Shown: positions 20,256 through 31,053 of the stretch, piece after piece
How positions within the stretch are numbered: position 1 is the stretch's first letter
How the letters are laid out: each line of letters starts with the position of its first letter
Assembly (NCBI GenBank): GCA_963837175.1
Contig: CAWIMJ010000016.1
Coordinates: 32,001 to 96,000 of the forward strand
Reading direction: 5' to 3'
DNA: 64,000 bases
From: an uncultured Nitrososphaeraceae archaeon
GTDB lineage: Archaea; Thermoproteota; Nitrososphaeria; Nitrososphaerales; Nitrososphaeraceae
The notes under the pieces: model-generated
Database searches by the model: none
Seen by the model: only the letters and a program-made list of their open reading frames with translations
What the model was told of the DNA's origin: nothing
Position numbers and translations under genes: made by a program

Positions 20256-20329
20256 TGGGCCCAAGGGGGTTTGAACCCCTGGCCGACCGGTTATGAGCCG
20301 GTCGCTCTACCAGGCTGAGCTATGGGCCC
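20256..20329 (-). tRNA. tRNA-Ile2 (CAT anticodon); tRNA-Met less likely
   Basis: GGGCCCATAGCTCAGCCTGGTAGAGCGACCGGCTCATAACCGGTCGGCCAGGGGTTCAAACCCCCTTGGGCCCA; GGGCCC acceptor is Ile-like. Confidence 0.9.
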
Positions 20330-20394
20330 ATGATCAAAAAGTCGATAATGGATAACGATATATAGGTTTTGAGATCGATATCAGTACATATTAC

Positions 20395-21061
20395 TTAGCA
20401 CTCTACATAATTTTTCTGGACAGAATCCAATAGTTTGTTCTGGGCTTCCAGTGAATTGATAGCAGCATTGAAAGTGAGTTCTTGTTTGTCTTCAGGAATA
20501 GTTTGTAAAACGCTTTTCCAAACTTCTGAATGTCTTAAATCTACCTCTTCATGGATTTCTAAATATTTGGTGGCATCGTTACTTTTCACACCGTAAAATT
20601 TATTCAAGCCATCAATTTTTGATCTACTAATCTTTGGCAATTCTTTTTCATATGCATACATAGCTGCCGACTGCCTCTTCCAGTGATAATTTGGTTAGTT
20701 GAGTTAATATAGAGACAGCATTATTTGTTTCATTCTGGCCTTTATAAGTAGTAAGCTCTTCCCTCTGGACGCCCATAGCAGTTGAGAACATTATCCATGG
20801 CTCTATGTGTTCATACTCTTCCTTTAGGTTCTGGCCAACATCTCTTTTTAATGAAGGATCGGTAACTCTATTAAGAATATTTTCTACAAACTTTGGTACG
20901 ACTTTTACCAATTGAAAATATTCCTTTGAATAACCTTGTAAATGATTAAAAGTAAGTTTTCCTTCAGACCACATTTGATAAAATCTATGTTTGAGCAAGC
21001 TACGCTTTTCAATTTCGTAATCGATCCTTTCTATAAGTGAATTTTTCAGCGAATTTTTCAT
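20395..21061 (-). CDS. PqqC/CADD-like (TenA family) heme-oxygenase-fold protein, split by one extra base at 20667-20668
   Basis: LLKHRFYQMWSEG, EExEH, YAYE, HEEVDxRH; removing one base gives EEAVAAMYAYEKE. Confidence 0.85.
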
Positions 21062-21308
21062 TCAACAAAAAATAGACTTTCACATAGAAAAACTTTGTGC
21101 AAAATGTTGCAAAATGTTTGATTGATTCTATCCGTGCTAGATTGATCGAATAAAATCTTATATTATTAAAAGACTCAGAGCCATTCGTAATATAAAAGCA
21201 GTCATTATATAGCTAATAGCATAATATTAAAAAGTCTTTTGGAGAAAAACTGCCGAAATATAATACACAAGAAAGGATTTTATGTGAAATGAAATCAAAA
21301 ATCTAAGT

Positions 21309-21413
21309 GCTCCGGTGGTGTAGTAGCTCGTGTATAAAAGACAGCTGCATAATCCGGTCAAGCATTGTGGCCTTTCGAGTCGCAGATCCCGGGTTCAAAT
21401 CCCGGCCGGAGCA
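21309..21413 (+). tRNA. tRNA-Glu(TTC) with a 29-nt non-canonical intron at position 15/16 (21324-21352)
   Basis: Exons join to GCTCCGGTGGTGTAG/TCCGGTCAAGCATTGTGGCCTTTCGAGTCGC...CCGGAGCA; BHB-like GTGT-AGT-AGCT...AGCT-GCAT-AAT. Confidence 0.9.
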
Positions 21414-21515
21414 TTGATATAAATGATTGAATCATTATTCCTGTGGTTTTGCATCCGTGTGGTAAAGCATTAATATGTTGAATATTTCAAGATAAGCACA
21501 GGCAAGAAATGATCT

Positions 21516-22388
21516 TTGAATAGAAGAAACCTGGAAACCAATCCTTTGTTAGAACAATTCAGCGGATATCTGTTAAAAATAGACGATGCCCTCAAGCGTG
21601 AATTAGATCTCTATTCATGGTCAGAATTTTATGCCCCGTTAAGATATGCATGCGATGGAGGTAAACGCGTTAGGCCCCTTATTCTTGTGCTTTCTGCTGA
21701 AAGCGTAATGAAAAGAACAACAGACTCGTTAAGGATTGGCGAAGATGTTCTTTTTGCTGCCTGTGCTATAGAACTTTTGCATACAGAATCTGTTATCCAT
21801 GATGATATTATTGATGAAGAGAATCTGAGACGCGGAAAGCCCTCATTTCATGTAAAGTATGGATACAACAACAGTATTTTGACTGCTGATTTTGTGTTAG
21901 GAATTATTCTCAGTATAGGTTCCAAGCTAAATAATTCGCGTGTAGCTGGCGAACTTTCTAATGCTGCAATAAAAATGAGCGAAGGTGAAATGATGGAAAT
22001 CAAATTGGCTGAAGATCTTAAAATCGGAGAGGATGATTATATTAAAGTTCTTGAGCAGAAAACTGCTTCTCTTTTTGAAGCATCTGCAAAGATAGGAGCA
22101 ATATTAGGTGGAGGAGAAGAGGATGAAATCCAAGCTATGGCTGCTTTTGGTAATTTGCTCGGAATAGCTTATCAAATTCATGATGATTTAATCGATTGGA
22201 ATAACGAAGACAGGCTCTTTAATATATTGGTAAAAAAGAATGAGCAATCAAAGGAATTTGTTGATCGAATGGAAAAGCTTTACCTATCTTATTCTTCTAA
22301 AGCCAAGAAGGAACTTCGTAAGATAAAAGATAGTACGCAAAAGAGCCACTTGGAGCATCTAACAGATTTAGCTTCGGTCCAATTTTGA
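21516..22388 (+). CDS. Polyprenyl diphosphate synthase
   Basis: GGKRVRP, HDDIID...RRG, KTASLF, QIHDD. Confidence 0.92.
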   Translation: MNRRNLETNPLLEQFSGYLLKIDDALKRELDLYSWSEFYAPLRYACDGGKRVRPLILVLSAESVMKRTTDSLRIGEDVLFAACAIELLHTESVIHDDIIDEENLRRGKPSFHVKYGYNNSILTADFVLGIILSIGSKLNNSRVAGELSNAAIKMSEGEMMEIKLAEDLKIGEDDYIKVLEQKTASLFEASAKIGAILGGGEEDEIQAMAAFGNLLGIAYQIHDDLIDWNNEDRLFNILVKKNEQSKEFVDRMEKLYLSYSSKAKKELRKIKDSTQKSHLEHLTDLASVQF

Positions 22389-23027
22389 AACTTTTATTTT
22401 TTTATTACTAAGAATACCTGAATATAAAATACGACGTCAAAACTTCCAAAAGGTTACTCGTAACTGCTATTGTTCAGACCAGTGCATAATTGTCTGATAT
22501 TATAATTGTTATTATTTACATGATTGTTTGCCGGCGGGTAGCAACGATAGTTGACATAGACCGATTATTATTATTATATTAAATGGTAGTTCAATTTATC
22601 TCCTCTTATGTTAGAAGAGAGATGCAGTATGTTATTATAAGAAAATTAAAATACGTTAAGGAAAGCTGATCCATAATAAACCAATAAATCAAATATCGTC
22701 GAAATGCTTGCAAAATTAGCTTTTGAAAAATGTTATTAAAATATTTATTATAATCAAATACATAATCAGAATCACATTAACAGAATAGATAAAAATGTTC
22801 ACTGATTTTTAGATACTTTATACACTCTAGTATAGTAATGACTCTTTCAATTTGAAATCCATCTAAAATATAACAAACAAGAAAAATCAGTCTAAAAGAA
22901 TAAAAAAAGAATCATAAAATACGTTACACAAAAAAGGCGAAAGAGGATTACGGGAATATCAAAATTCATAACAAAGGATAATTAACCGTGACAGGATTAT
23001 ATACTACATAAAAAAAAGAATTGAATA

Positions 23028-24548
23028 TCACGATGAATTACCAGCAATAGAAGAAGTGACATTTGCTAAATCAGGTACTGCTTGTGATGCAAAGTTGAGT
23101 ATAGGGGCATGCCAAATACCAAAACCTACCATAAAAACTATTGCAAAAATCAGTACTGCAACTATAGCCGTCGGCTCTCTGATCTTACTCATATCTGCCG
23201 CACTTTCCATGTACATCTTCCTAATTATCCATGCATAATACCCTAATGATAACGCGCTATTAAGAACCGCTGCTATAGCAAGATATGGCCCCCATGCCAC
23301 TATTGGTCCACTATTCATCGCAGCACTGAACAGAACCAATTTACTCCAGAAACCGTTAAGAGGTGGCACGCCAGCAAGAGCGAGAAGAGAGATAGTGAGG
23401 GCAATTGCAGTGATTGGCATTCTTCGTCCAAGTCCTTTGTAACTCTCTAAACTATAACTAGAAAGACCAACTACCACTGCTGCTGCGGCAATGAAACCGG
23501 AGGATTTCATTACCGCGTGATTAAGTATATGAAATAATGATCCAGCTAGGGCCTGATCAGAATACGGAGCAAGTGCTATACCCATCAAAATATAACCTGC
23601 CTGTGCAATACTTGAATAAGCAAGAATTCTGGGAACACTCTTTTGTATCAATGCTCCAAAGTTACCAATTGTCATAGTAAAAACTGCAAGTACGGCAAGG
23701 GTTATTGTCCAATCTGCATTCAATGCAAACATACCAAGCACTACCACGCGTAAACCTGCGGCAAAACCAGCCTTTTTAGTTCCTGCTGCAAGAAGTGCAC
23801 CAATTGTAGTTGGCGAACCCTCGTAAGCATCAGGCAACCACATATGGAATGGCACGAGCCCCATTTTAAATCCGAAACCTGCAAGAAACATAGCAATGGC
23901 GAGAAGACCTATGGGAATAAGATCTGCTTGTAAACTAGCCATTGCGTGAATAGCAGCACCAATATTTGTAGTGCCTGTGATACCATAGACCAGACCAATA
24001 GCAAAAACTAGAATTGCTGATGATAATGCGCCAAACATAAAGTATTTGATAGCTGCTTCATTTGAAACAGGATCGCGTTTCGAAAATGCAGCCAGTGCAT
24101 AAGTAGGTATAGACATCAACTCCCACGCAACAAGTAGCATTAGAAGATCAGTAGAATAACCAATAATTACCATGCCTATACTGGACAATAAGATAAGAGA
24201 ATAATACGCAGCAGGATTTGCTCTGCCTTTCATATAATTCCATGACGAAGCTGTTACCATAATGGAGACTATTAGCAACGAAATTGCAAAAAATGAACCA
24301 AACATATCATCGGCTAAAAGTCCTTCGCTAAACGCAACTGCAGGCATAACTTCTCCAGATAATATACGGAAAATTATTATTCCTATTACAACGATCAACG
24401 CACCAAAGGCGATACCGCTGTATAGTTTATTATTTGAGCCTCTTTCTCTTTTTAGAGCATCAATAACAGGGATTGCGAGTCCCACTGTCCCCAAAATTAT
24501 TATTACTATTGCTGGTGTTGAAAATAAATCTACCAATTGTTCTTTCAT
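23028..24548 (-). CDS. nuoN: NADH-quinone oxidoreductase subunit N
   Basis: EAAIKYF, FKMGLVPFHMWLPDAYEG, LAYSSIAQAGY. Confidence 0.95.
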   Translation of the reverse strand: MKEQLVDLFSTPAIVIIILGTVGLAIPVIDALKRERGSNNKLYSGIAFGALIVVIGIIIFRILSGEVMPAVAFSEGLLADDMFGSFFAISLLIVSIMVTASSWNYMKGRANPAAYYSLILLSSIGMVIIGYSTDLLMLLVAWELMSIPTYALAAFSKRDPVSNEAAIKYFMFGALSSAILVFAIGLVYGITGTTNIGAAIHAMASLQADLIPIGLLAIAMFLAGFGFKMGLVPFHMWLPDAYEGSPTTIGALLAAGTKKAGFAAGLRVVVLGMFALNADWTITLAVLAVFTMTIGNFGALIQKSVPRILAYSSIAQAGYILMGIALAPYSDQALAGSLFHILNHAVMKSSGFIAAAAVVVGLSSYSLESYKGLGRRMPITAIALTISLLALAGVPPLNGFWSKLVLFSAAMNSGPIVAWGPYLAIAAVLNSALSLGYYAWIIRKMYMESAADMSKIREPTAIVAVLIFAIVFMVGFGIWHAPILNFASQAVPDLANVTSSIAGNSS

Positions 24549-24554
24549 TGCCTC

Positions 24555-26639
24555 CTATAACAATAGTAGCATTATTACTACTATCATAATCCCTACACCA
24601 AAGACGAATAAGTATGTTTGAGTTATTCCAGTCTGTCCGGATTTTACTACCTTAGAAACGTATGTCATAGAGTATTGTAATGCAGGATTAATTCCATCAA
24701 TAACGACGCTCTCAAAGTATCGCCATATTATACGATAGATTGCAAGGGGTCCTATTACTCCTCCCCAATAAAGGGCACTATTTAGATACCATCTGTTGTA
24801 AAGGAATTTCCATATCGCCTTAGTAACTATATTTCTAGAGACAATCCCAGGATCTGCCTTCCTTGCAATATAGAAAATGAAACCTAATACAGCTCCTATT
24901 GTGAATGCTCCAATTGACGCAATAGCAGCTATAGGATTAAGGCCAAAGAATGTTTTCTCTCCTTTAGGCAATATTTGGATTTCTGATGTAGATGCTTCGC
25001 TTCTATGTTCTTGTTCTCCAATTCCAAAAGAATCCAATAGATAACCACCTAGCAAACTATGAATTTCAGCTTCAAAGACAAAGCCCACTACTCCTATAGA
25101 TATTGTTGCTATAGCAAGTATCGCAAACGGTATCCACAAACTTGCACTCACCTCATGGAGATGATGACCGCTTTGCTCTATTTCTTTAAGATGTTTACTT
25201 TCATTACCGAAAAATGACATACCTATCATTCTAAAAGTGTAAAATGCAGTCATTATTGCAACAATAACACCCACTGCAAAAAGTGGCCATGCATAAGTAT
25301 AGCCGGATTCCAATACTGCTGCAAATATTGCATCCTTGCTCCAAAAGCCAGACGTAACTAGAGGTGCTCCCGCTAATGACAAACTTGCAAGCAACATAAA
25401 GATGTAGGTCTTTTTCATGTGTTTTCGAAGGCCACCCATATCTGTCATAAATCTTGATCCTACAGTATGAAGTAGCGCACCTGCACCCATGAAAAGGGAG
25501 GCTTTAAACATGGCATGACTCATCAAATGGAAAAATCCTGCAGTATAACCATCTACAAAATTTGTTGATAATCCTGCAATCCCCAGACCCATCATCATAT
25601 AGCCTATCTGGGATCCAGTCGAATATGCAAGAACTTTTTTGATTTCTGGATTTACCAAAGCCTGACTTGCAAGCAAGAAAGCGGTTATGGCTCCAACCCA
25701 TGCAACAACTTCGAAGAATTGCGTCATACCAAAAGCAGCAAGAGCGAAGAATAACGGACCAATACGCGCAACTAAAAATACGCCTGCCTTAACCATAGTA
25801 GCAGCGTGAATTAATGCAGATACTGCTGTCGGACCAGTCATGGCCTCCAAAAGCCATTCGTTTAAAGGAAACTGTGCAGATTTTCCAACTGCACCTCCAA
25901 ATAGAAGCACAGCTGCAGGGACAAGTAAGTTCTGTTTAGCCATTTCTTGTGCCCATGTTTGGTCTGAGAGCAATTCTTTAAAGCCAAAAGTTCCAGCGTA
26001 TGTAAATATAAGAAACATACCAGCAAGCATCATTGTATCTCCAGCTCGAGTCATCAAAAAGGCCTTCATTCCTGCATGTGATGGAGAATACCACAAAGCA
26101 ATACCGCCAGCCTTATGACCTTCTTTGCCAACAAAGTCTTTCTTCTTGTCATAATACCAGAATCCGATCAAAGCATAAGATGCAAATCCCACGCCTTCCC
26201 ATCCAAAGAAGACCATAAGCAGGTTGTCTGATAACACAATAAGTTGCATCGATCCTATAAAAAATAACATAAAGAACCAATATCTTGTAAGGTCCTTGTC
26301 TCCATGCATATAGCCAGTAGAGTAGACAAAGATAAGAAATGAGATCCAAGCGACCAGGTTTGTCATGATCACGGAAAGTGGATCAGCCAATACTCCAGCT
26401 TTCAAATTGACAGAAGAAATCCAGGAAACCTGGCTGTGGATTTCTTGTCCTGCAAGTCCCATAGGAATCAAAGTTGTTGCCGAGATGGCACTTGCCAATG
26501 CGAAACCTACAGCAGCATAATTTGTCGCTTTATTACCTGCTCGTGCCACTCCAGCAATAATTGCCGCGCCTACAAAAGGTAGAATCCATACTAGCCAAAC
26601 GTTTATTCCAAATCCTTCAAATCCTAATGTTTCAACCAT
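24555..26639 (-). CDS. nuoL: NADH-quinone oxidoreductase subunit L
   Basis: WEGVG, GKSAQFPL, PTAVSALIHAATMVKAG, HAMFKASLF. Confidence 0.95.
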   Translation of the reverse strand: MVETLGFEGFGINVWLVWILPFVGAAIIAGVARAGNKATNYAAVGFALASAISATTLIPMGLAGQEIHSQVSWISSVNLKAGVLADPLSVIMTNLVAWISFLIFVYSTGYMHGDKDLTRYWFFMLFFIGSMQLIVLSDNLLMVFFGWEGVGFASYALIGFWYYDKKKDFVGKEGHKAGGIALWYSPSHAGMKAFLMTRAGDTMMLAGMFLIFTYAGTFGFKELLSDQTWAQEMAKQNLLVPAAVLLFGGAVGKSAQFPLNEWLLEAMTGPTAVSALIHAATMVKAGVFLVARIGPLFFALAAFGMTQFFEVVAWVGAITAFLLASQALVNPEIKKVLAYSTGSQIGYMMMGLGIAGLSTNFVDGYTAGFFHLMSHAMFKASLFMGAGALLHTVGSRFMTDMGGLRKHMKKTYIFMLLASLSLAGAPLVTSGFWSKDAIFAAVLESGYTYAWPLFAVGVIVAIMTAFYTFRMIGMSFFGNESKHLKEIEQSGHHLHEVSASLWIPFAILAIATISIGVVGFVFEAEIHSLLGGYLLDSFGIGEQEHRSEASTSEIQILPKGEKTFFGLNPIAAIASIGAFTIGAVLGFIFYIARKADPGIVSRNIVTKAIWKFLYNRWYLNSALYWGGVIGPLAIYRIIWRYFESVVIDGINPALQYSMTYVSKVVKSGQTGITQTYLFVFGVGIMIVVIMLLLL

Positions 26640-26654
26640 TTTTGTCTCATCTGA

Positions 26655-28452
26655 TTATTTTAAATACACTCCTTCCGAAGCAATTGCAGTTTTTTCAAAC
26701 ATGCTAGCGCCATTATCATCATTAATATTTGTGTCGATACTTTCATGCCCTGCTTTTGGAATAGGTAATACTTCAGGAGTATCTGAAAAAATCCCTTGAA
26801 TGTATCCTGTTATAGGATTAAGGAATGGATCAGGATATACTCCGATAATCAGTGTAATAGCGGCAAGAACAGCCATTGTCACAGTGATATATCGACTTGA
26901 ATCTCTGACATGAACATGCTCTTCTGAAATCTTACCAAAGAACACACGTTTATACATCCATAGGATATAGGCAGAAGATAATACAGTAGCCAAGATACCA
27001 AATCCGAAGACTGTCACCCTTAAAGAATCCCAATGGTTAACACCTGTTTGCAAAACACCATTGAAAAGAATCCATTCTGCCATAAAACCACTAGTTGGTG
27101 GAATGCCAATGATAGTCAAAGCTCCTATCATTGTAATTACTGCGGTATACGGCATTTTGCCTGCTAATCCACCCAGCTTTGACATCCTTCTGGTTCCTGT
27201 TTGTAGAATAATAGATCCTGCCATCATGAAGAGTATGGCCTTCCCAAGTCCATGGGTAATATACATCATCGTTGCGCCAGTAATACCTAGGATACTTTCC
27301 GATCCAAGACCGAACAGAATATAACCCATCTGGCTGATACTTGAATATGCCAGAACCTTCTTGATATCGTCTTGCATCAATGCCATTGCTCCGCCATAAA
27401 TCATAGTAGCAAGTCCCCACAGGTTAATATAGAGACTGTATTCAGCATAGCTTCCCGTTAAAAGGTCAAGCCATAATCGAAGTAAGCCATAAGCTCCTAT
27501 TCCGATCATAGCAGGCGACAGCAGAGCTGAAACAGGAGTAGGAGCTTCTGCGTGCGCATAAGGAAGCCAGATATGCAGTAGGAATGCAGCCAATTTTACT
27601 CCAAGGCCAACTACAAGCGCAAAAATAATAATAGACATCCACTGTATTGGAATTTGTGACGCATTTGCTTTGATTGTATCAAAATCAAATCCTCCTGCAA
27701 AAAATCCCATCGCTAATAAGGCAAGTAGTAGAACTACAGCACCCACATGTGTCCAAAAGAAAAACATTAGAGCAATTCTTCGTCTTGCTCCATAACCATA
27801 GAATGCTATAAGAAAGAAGGAAGGAACAAGCATCAATTCAAAGAAGACATAAAATTGTATCAGGTTTGTTGCAAGGACTGTGCCAAACATACCCATAGAG
27901 AACGCCAAATAAAGTGCAAAATAAAGTCCCATCTGTGAATTCAAGTATCTTTTTGTGTCGACTGTTGATTCTACTTGAGATCCAAATTGCATTTTGGTTC
28001 TATTAGTATAAGGACTACTACTGCTTCCACCTTGGTCACCACCAATTCCTCCGCTAGCTCCCTTATTGCCTGAACCGGTGGAAGGTTGTTCGCCGCCAAC
28101 ATGATCACCTTCCATATCTTCCATGATTCTGTGCATCATATAGGGTTTAGAATAAAGTGCAAGTACAGGTACATAGTATGTATATTATCATAGCGAATGG
28201 TAAGCTAAGACCATCTAATCTAAGTCCGAAATTTCCAAATTGACTCCAAGGATAACTCTCAACATAAGCTGAATGACCACTTGTGAGTGTCATTGCAGGG
28301 ATAAATAGCAACCCAGTAGAAATAGCTAAAATTCCAAACGAAAACCAAGTCGTAATAGTGACGCCATATTTTTTGGCCAAAAAATAGGATACAGGTGACG
28401 ATAAAAGAGGCAGAAAGGTTGCTGCTAAAAGAAAATACGATGACTCTACCAT
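26655..28452 (-). CDS. nuoM: NADH-quinone oxidoreductase subunit M, split by one extra base at 28168-28169
   Basis: FELMLVP, LHIWLPYAHAEAPTPVS, AYSSISQMG; corrected join reads ILCTVLALYSKPYMMHRI. Confidence 0.92.
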
Positions 28453-28460
28453 TTTGTATT

Positions 28461-28763
28461 CTATCCTCGCATACTCCTAAATTCTTCAACATCTATCTCT
28501 TTGTATAGCCTATATGCTATGATGATAATACCGAGTCCGACGGCTACCTCTGCTGCGGCAATAGCAATAGAAAAAAGAGCAAATACTTGGCCTTGGGCAT
28601 TCGGTAAATTCCTTGAAAAAGCAATCAAGTTTAGGTTTGCCGCATTGGCAATTATTTCGATCGAAAAGAGCATTCGGATAGCATTACGTTTGACAACTAG
28701 CCCGTAGATACCTATTGCTACCAGTACCAGAGATACTATAAGAAAGTCAATAAGTTGGCTCAT
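28461..28763 (-). CDS. nuoK: NADH-quinone oxidoreductase subunit K
   Basis: RNAIRMLFSIE, AAAEVAVGLG. Confidence 0.95.
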   Translation of the reverse strand: MSQLIDFLIVSLVLVAIGIYGLVVKRNAIRMLFSIEIIANAANLNLIAFSRNLPNAQGQVFALFSIAIAAAEVAVGLGIIIIAYRLYKEIDVEEFRSMRG

Positions 28764-29271
28764 TTTGTTGTTCCATATCCTCCCTGCGTGCTAACGCTAG
28801 CGCTCCTATTACAGATCCAGCTAATGTTAAAGCTAATACTATCAATGCCGGTGCATAATAAGTAACCATCTGTTTACCTATTGTCGTAAAATCAATAGCA
28901 GGTCGTTGAAGATTACCAAAGCTTGGGTCATTGATACCAGATAAAAGCAAAAGAGATCCTATACCGCCAATAAAAATTAGCATAAAAATAATGCCAGCTA
29001 ATTTTCTGCCTTTATCCTCTGTTGTGCTAAAGAGAGCCTGAGTTCTAACGAGCATAACTGTAAAAATAACTAGTACAGCTACTGCACCTACATAGACAGT
29101 AATCTGAAACATTGCCACAAAAGGAGAATCTAAAATAAGAAAGAAGCCTGCGATGCCCAACATAGAAATGGCTAGCGCAATTGCACCATAGACCAGCTCA
29201 CGACTCTCCAGTGCGACTATTGCAGAACCAATAGTCATTACAGATACTGCAATGAATATAGGATCAGCCAT
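28747..29271 (-). CDS. nuoJ: NADH-quinone oxidoreductase subunit J
   Basis: QITVYVGAVAVL motif; start MADPIF. Confidence 0.93.
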   Translation of the reverse strand: MADPIFIAVSVMTIGSAIVALESRELVYGAIALAISMLGIAGFFLILDSPFVAMFQITVYVGAVAVLVIFTVMLVRTQALFSTTEDKGRKLAGIIFMLIFIGGIGSLLLLSGINDPSFGNLQRPAIDFTTIGKQMVTYYAPALIVLALTLAGSVIGALALARREDMEQQNEPTY

Positions 29272-29788
29272 GCGTAGCACCCATCTCATCAATTTTTATT
29301 TCGACATCTCCATCATATTTTGGCTTGACTGCCAATTGTGCTGGAGTATATATCAAATGTTCTTTGGTAAAAGAAGACAGTTCGTAATCATTTGTCATAA
29401 ATAAAGCATAGAATGGACATGCATCAACACATAAACCACAAAATACACATTTGCCAAAGTCAATCTGTGGCATAATAGATTTCTTATTGTGTTTCCACTG
29501 TTCATTTACTTTTACCATACCAATAGCTTCTGCAATACCTTCACATGCAATTGCACATAGCTGACATCCTGTACATTTATCATGAAAAAGTATATGTCTA
29601 CCACGTGTTCCTGCAATACCAACTCCACGTTTTGGATCAAACTGATATCCATCTCCAACAAACTTGAGCTTTTGTTCCGGATATCGGAAAGTAAATCTTT
29701 TGAGTATGAGATGCTTTGAACCTGATTCTATTGCTTTAATAAATCCACTTGCTGATGATGAATTAAAGTTCGGAGAGGAAAAAATCAT
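29264..29788 (-). CDS. nuoI: NADH-quinone oxidoreductase subunit I
   Basis: CTGCQLCAIAC and CVFCGLCVDACP; ATG at 29788 overlaps nuoH stop. Confidence 0.95.
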   Translation of the reverse strand: MIFSSPNFNSSSASGFIKAIESGSKHLILKRFTFRYPEQKLKFVGDGYQFDPKRGVGIAGTRGRHILFHDKCTGCQLCAIACEGIAEAIGMVKVNEQWKHNKKSIMPQIDFGKCVFCGLCVDACPFYALFMTNDYELSSFTKEHLIYTPAQLAVKPKYDGDVEIKIDEMGATHG

Positions 29789-31051
29789 TGTGTCAATACT
29801 CCACCTGGTCCTAAGACTCCGCCATAAATCAGTGCTAGTGCTATAAAGGCATTTATGAATGTCAAGACTATAAGTTTGTACCAACCAGTGTGAAGCAAGA
29901 TATCTATTCTAATACGTGGATTTATGCCTCGTGGAAGTAATATTAGCATGATCATTCCAAATGTCTTTAATGTAAACCAAAAAATTGCATTGACTGTCGT
30001 AGGATTATAAATTTGTACGCCTGTATATCCTGGAATGATTTCTTTTGGAAATATCTGAGGCCCTGCCCATCCGCCAAGGAATAATATTACAAAAAGTGCA
30101 GCCAGAACATAGAGTTTGAGGTAGGTTCCAAGCTGAATTAGCCCATAAATCATACCTGATGTTTCAGTAAGCCAGCCTGCCACAATTTCGGATTCTGCTT
30201 CGGGTAAGTCAAATGGAATCCTTTCAAGCTCAGCTAAAGAAGAAATATAGAATACAAATGCACTGATCGGAAGGAATAAAATAAACCAAAACGGCTGTTG
30301 AGCGAGTGCAATATCTGTGAGATTAAGAGAACCAGCAAGAATAACAACAGAAAGAGCCGAAAGAATGAATGGAATTTCGAAAGCTATCATTTGATGTAAT
30401 GCTCTTATTCCGCCAATGAATGGATATTTGCTATTACTAGCCCACGAAAAAAGTAATGCAATTAGAGGAAAAAATCCCAATATTGCAAATACTGCAAGAA
30501 GACCTACATCTAGATCTGCGGCTACCCAACCTGGAGCCACAGGCACCAAGGCCGCTAGTGCTGCCAGCTGTTGCAACAAACGCAATAGGAGCTAGCCAGA
30601 AAATCGGTTTGTCAGCTTCTGAAGGAACTATAATCTCTTTTGAAATAAGTTTCAGTCCATCAGCAGCTAATTGTAGAATTCCTTCAATTTTACCAGCATA
30701 AAGTGGACCAACTCTCAACTGCATCTTTGCTAGGAATTTACGCTCAATGAAAATTGTAGCAGCTGCAAGTAAAGCTGCAAATGTAAATCCAGGAAATACT
30801 GCAATTCTGAATATGTCAGTATGAATCAAAAACTTGATGATCGGCAGAGTACGTGTAGGATCCACTACCATTGATAGAAATAAGTATGGTGTAAGAACTT
30901 CTCCATTGACAGGCGGAAGTGGTACATAAAATAATATGATAAAAATAATCGGTAAGCCCACCAGCGCAACGATAATCAGAATCCAAAAAATCAGCCAAAT
31001 AAGGCTACCAACAAAATTACCGAAACGAAAGTCTTTTGGAGCTGTTGCCAC
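29785..31051 (-). CDS. nuoH: NADH-quinone oxidoreductase subunit H, split by one extra base at 30564-30565
   Basis: ERK..AKMQLRVGP, ADGLKL, RIPFDLPEAESE; corrected join reads FVATAAALAALVP. Confidence 0.93.
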
Positions 31052-31053
31052 TT

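Noticed and set aside
20395-21061. PQQ biosynthesis locus supplying the sugar dehydrogenase
   Set aside because: No adjacent pqqA/B/D/E; a solitary PqqC/CADD-like protein is not evidence for PQQ synthesis
22389-23027. Long AT-rich gaps (also 56715-57256, 58647-59025, 60608-61256) as ncRNA or origin
   Set aside because: No convincing stems, ORB boxes or repeats by eye; weak elements cannot be excluded
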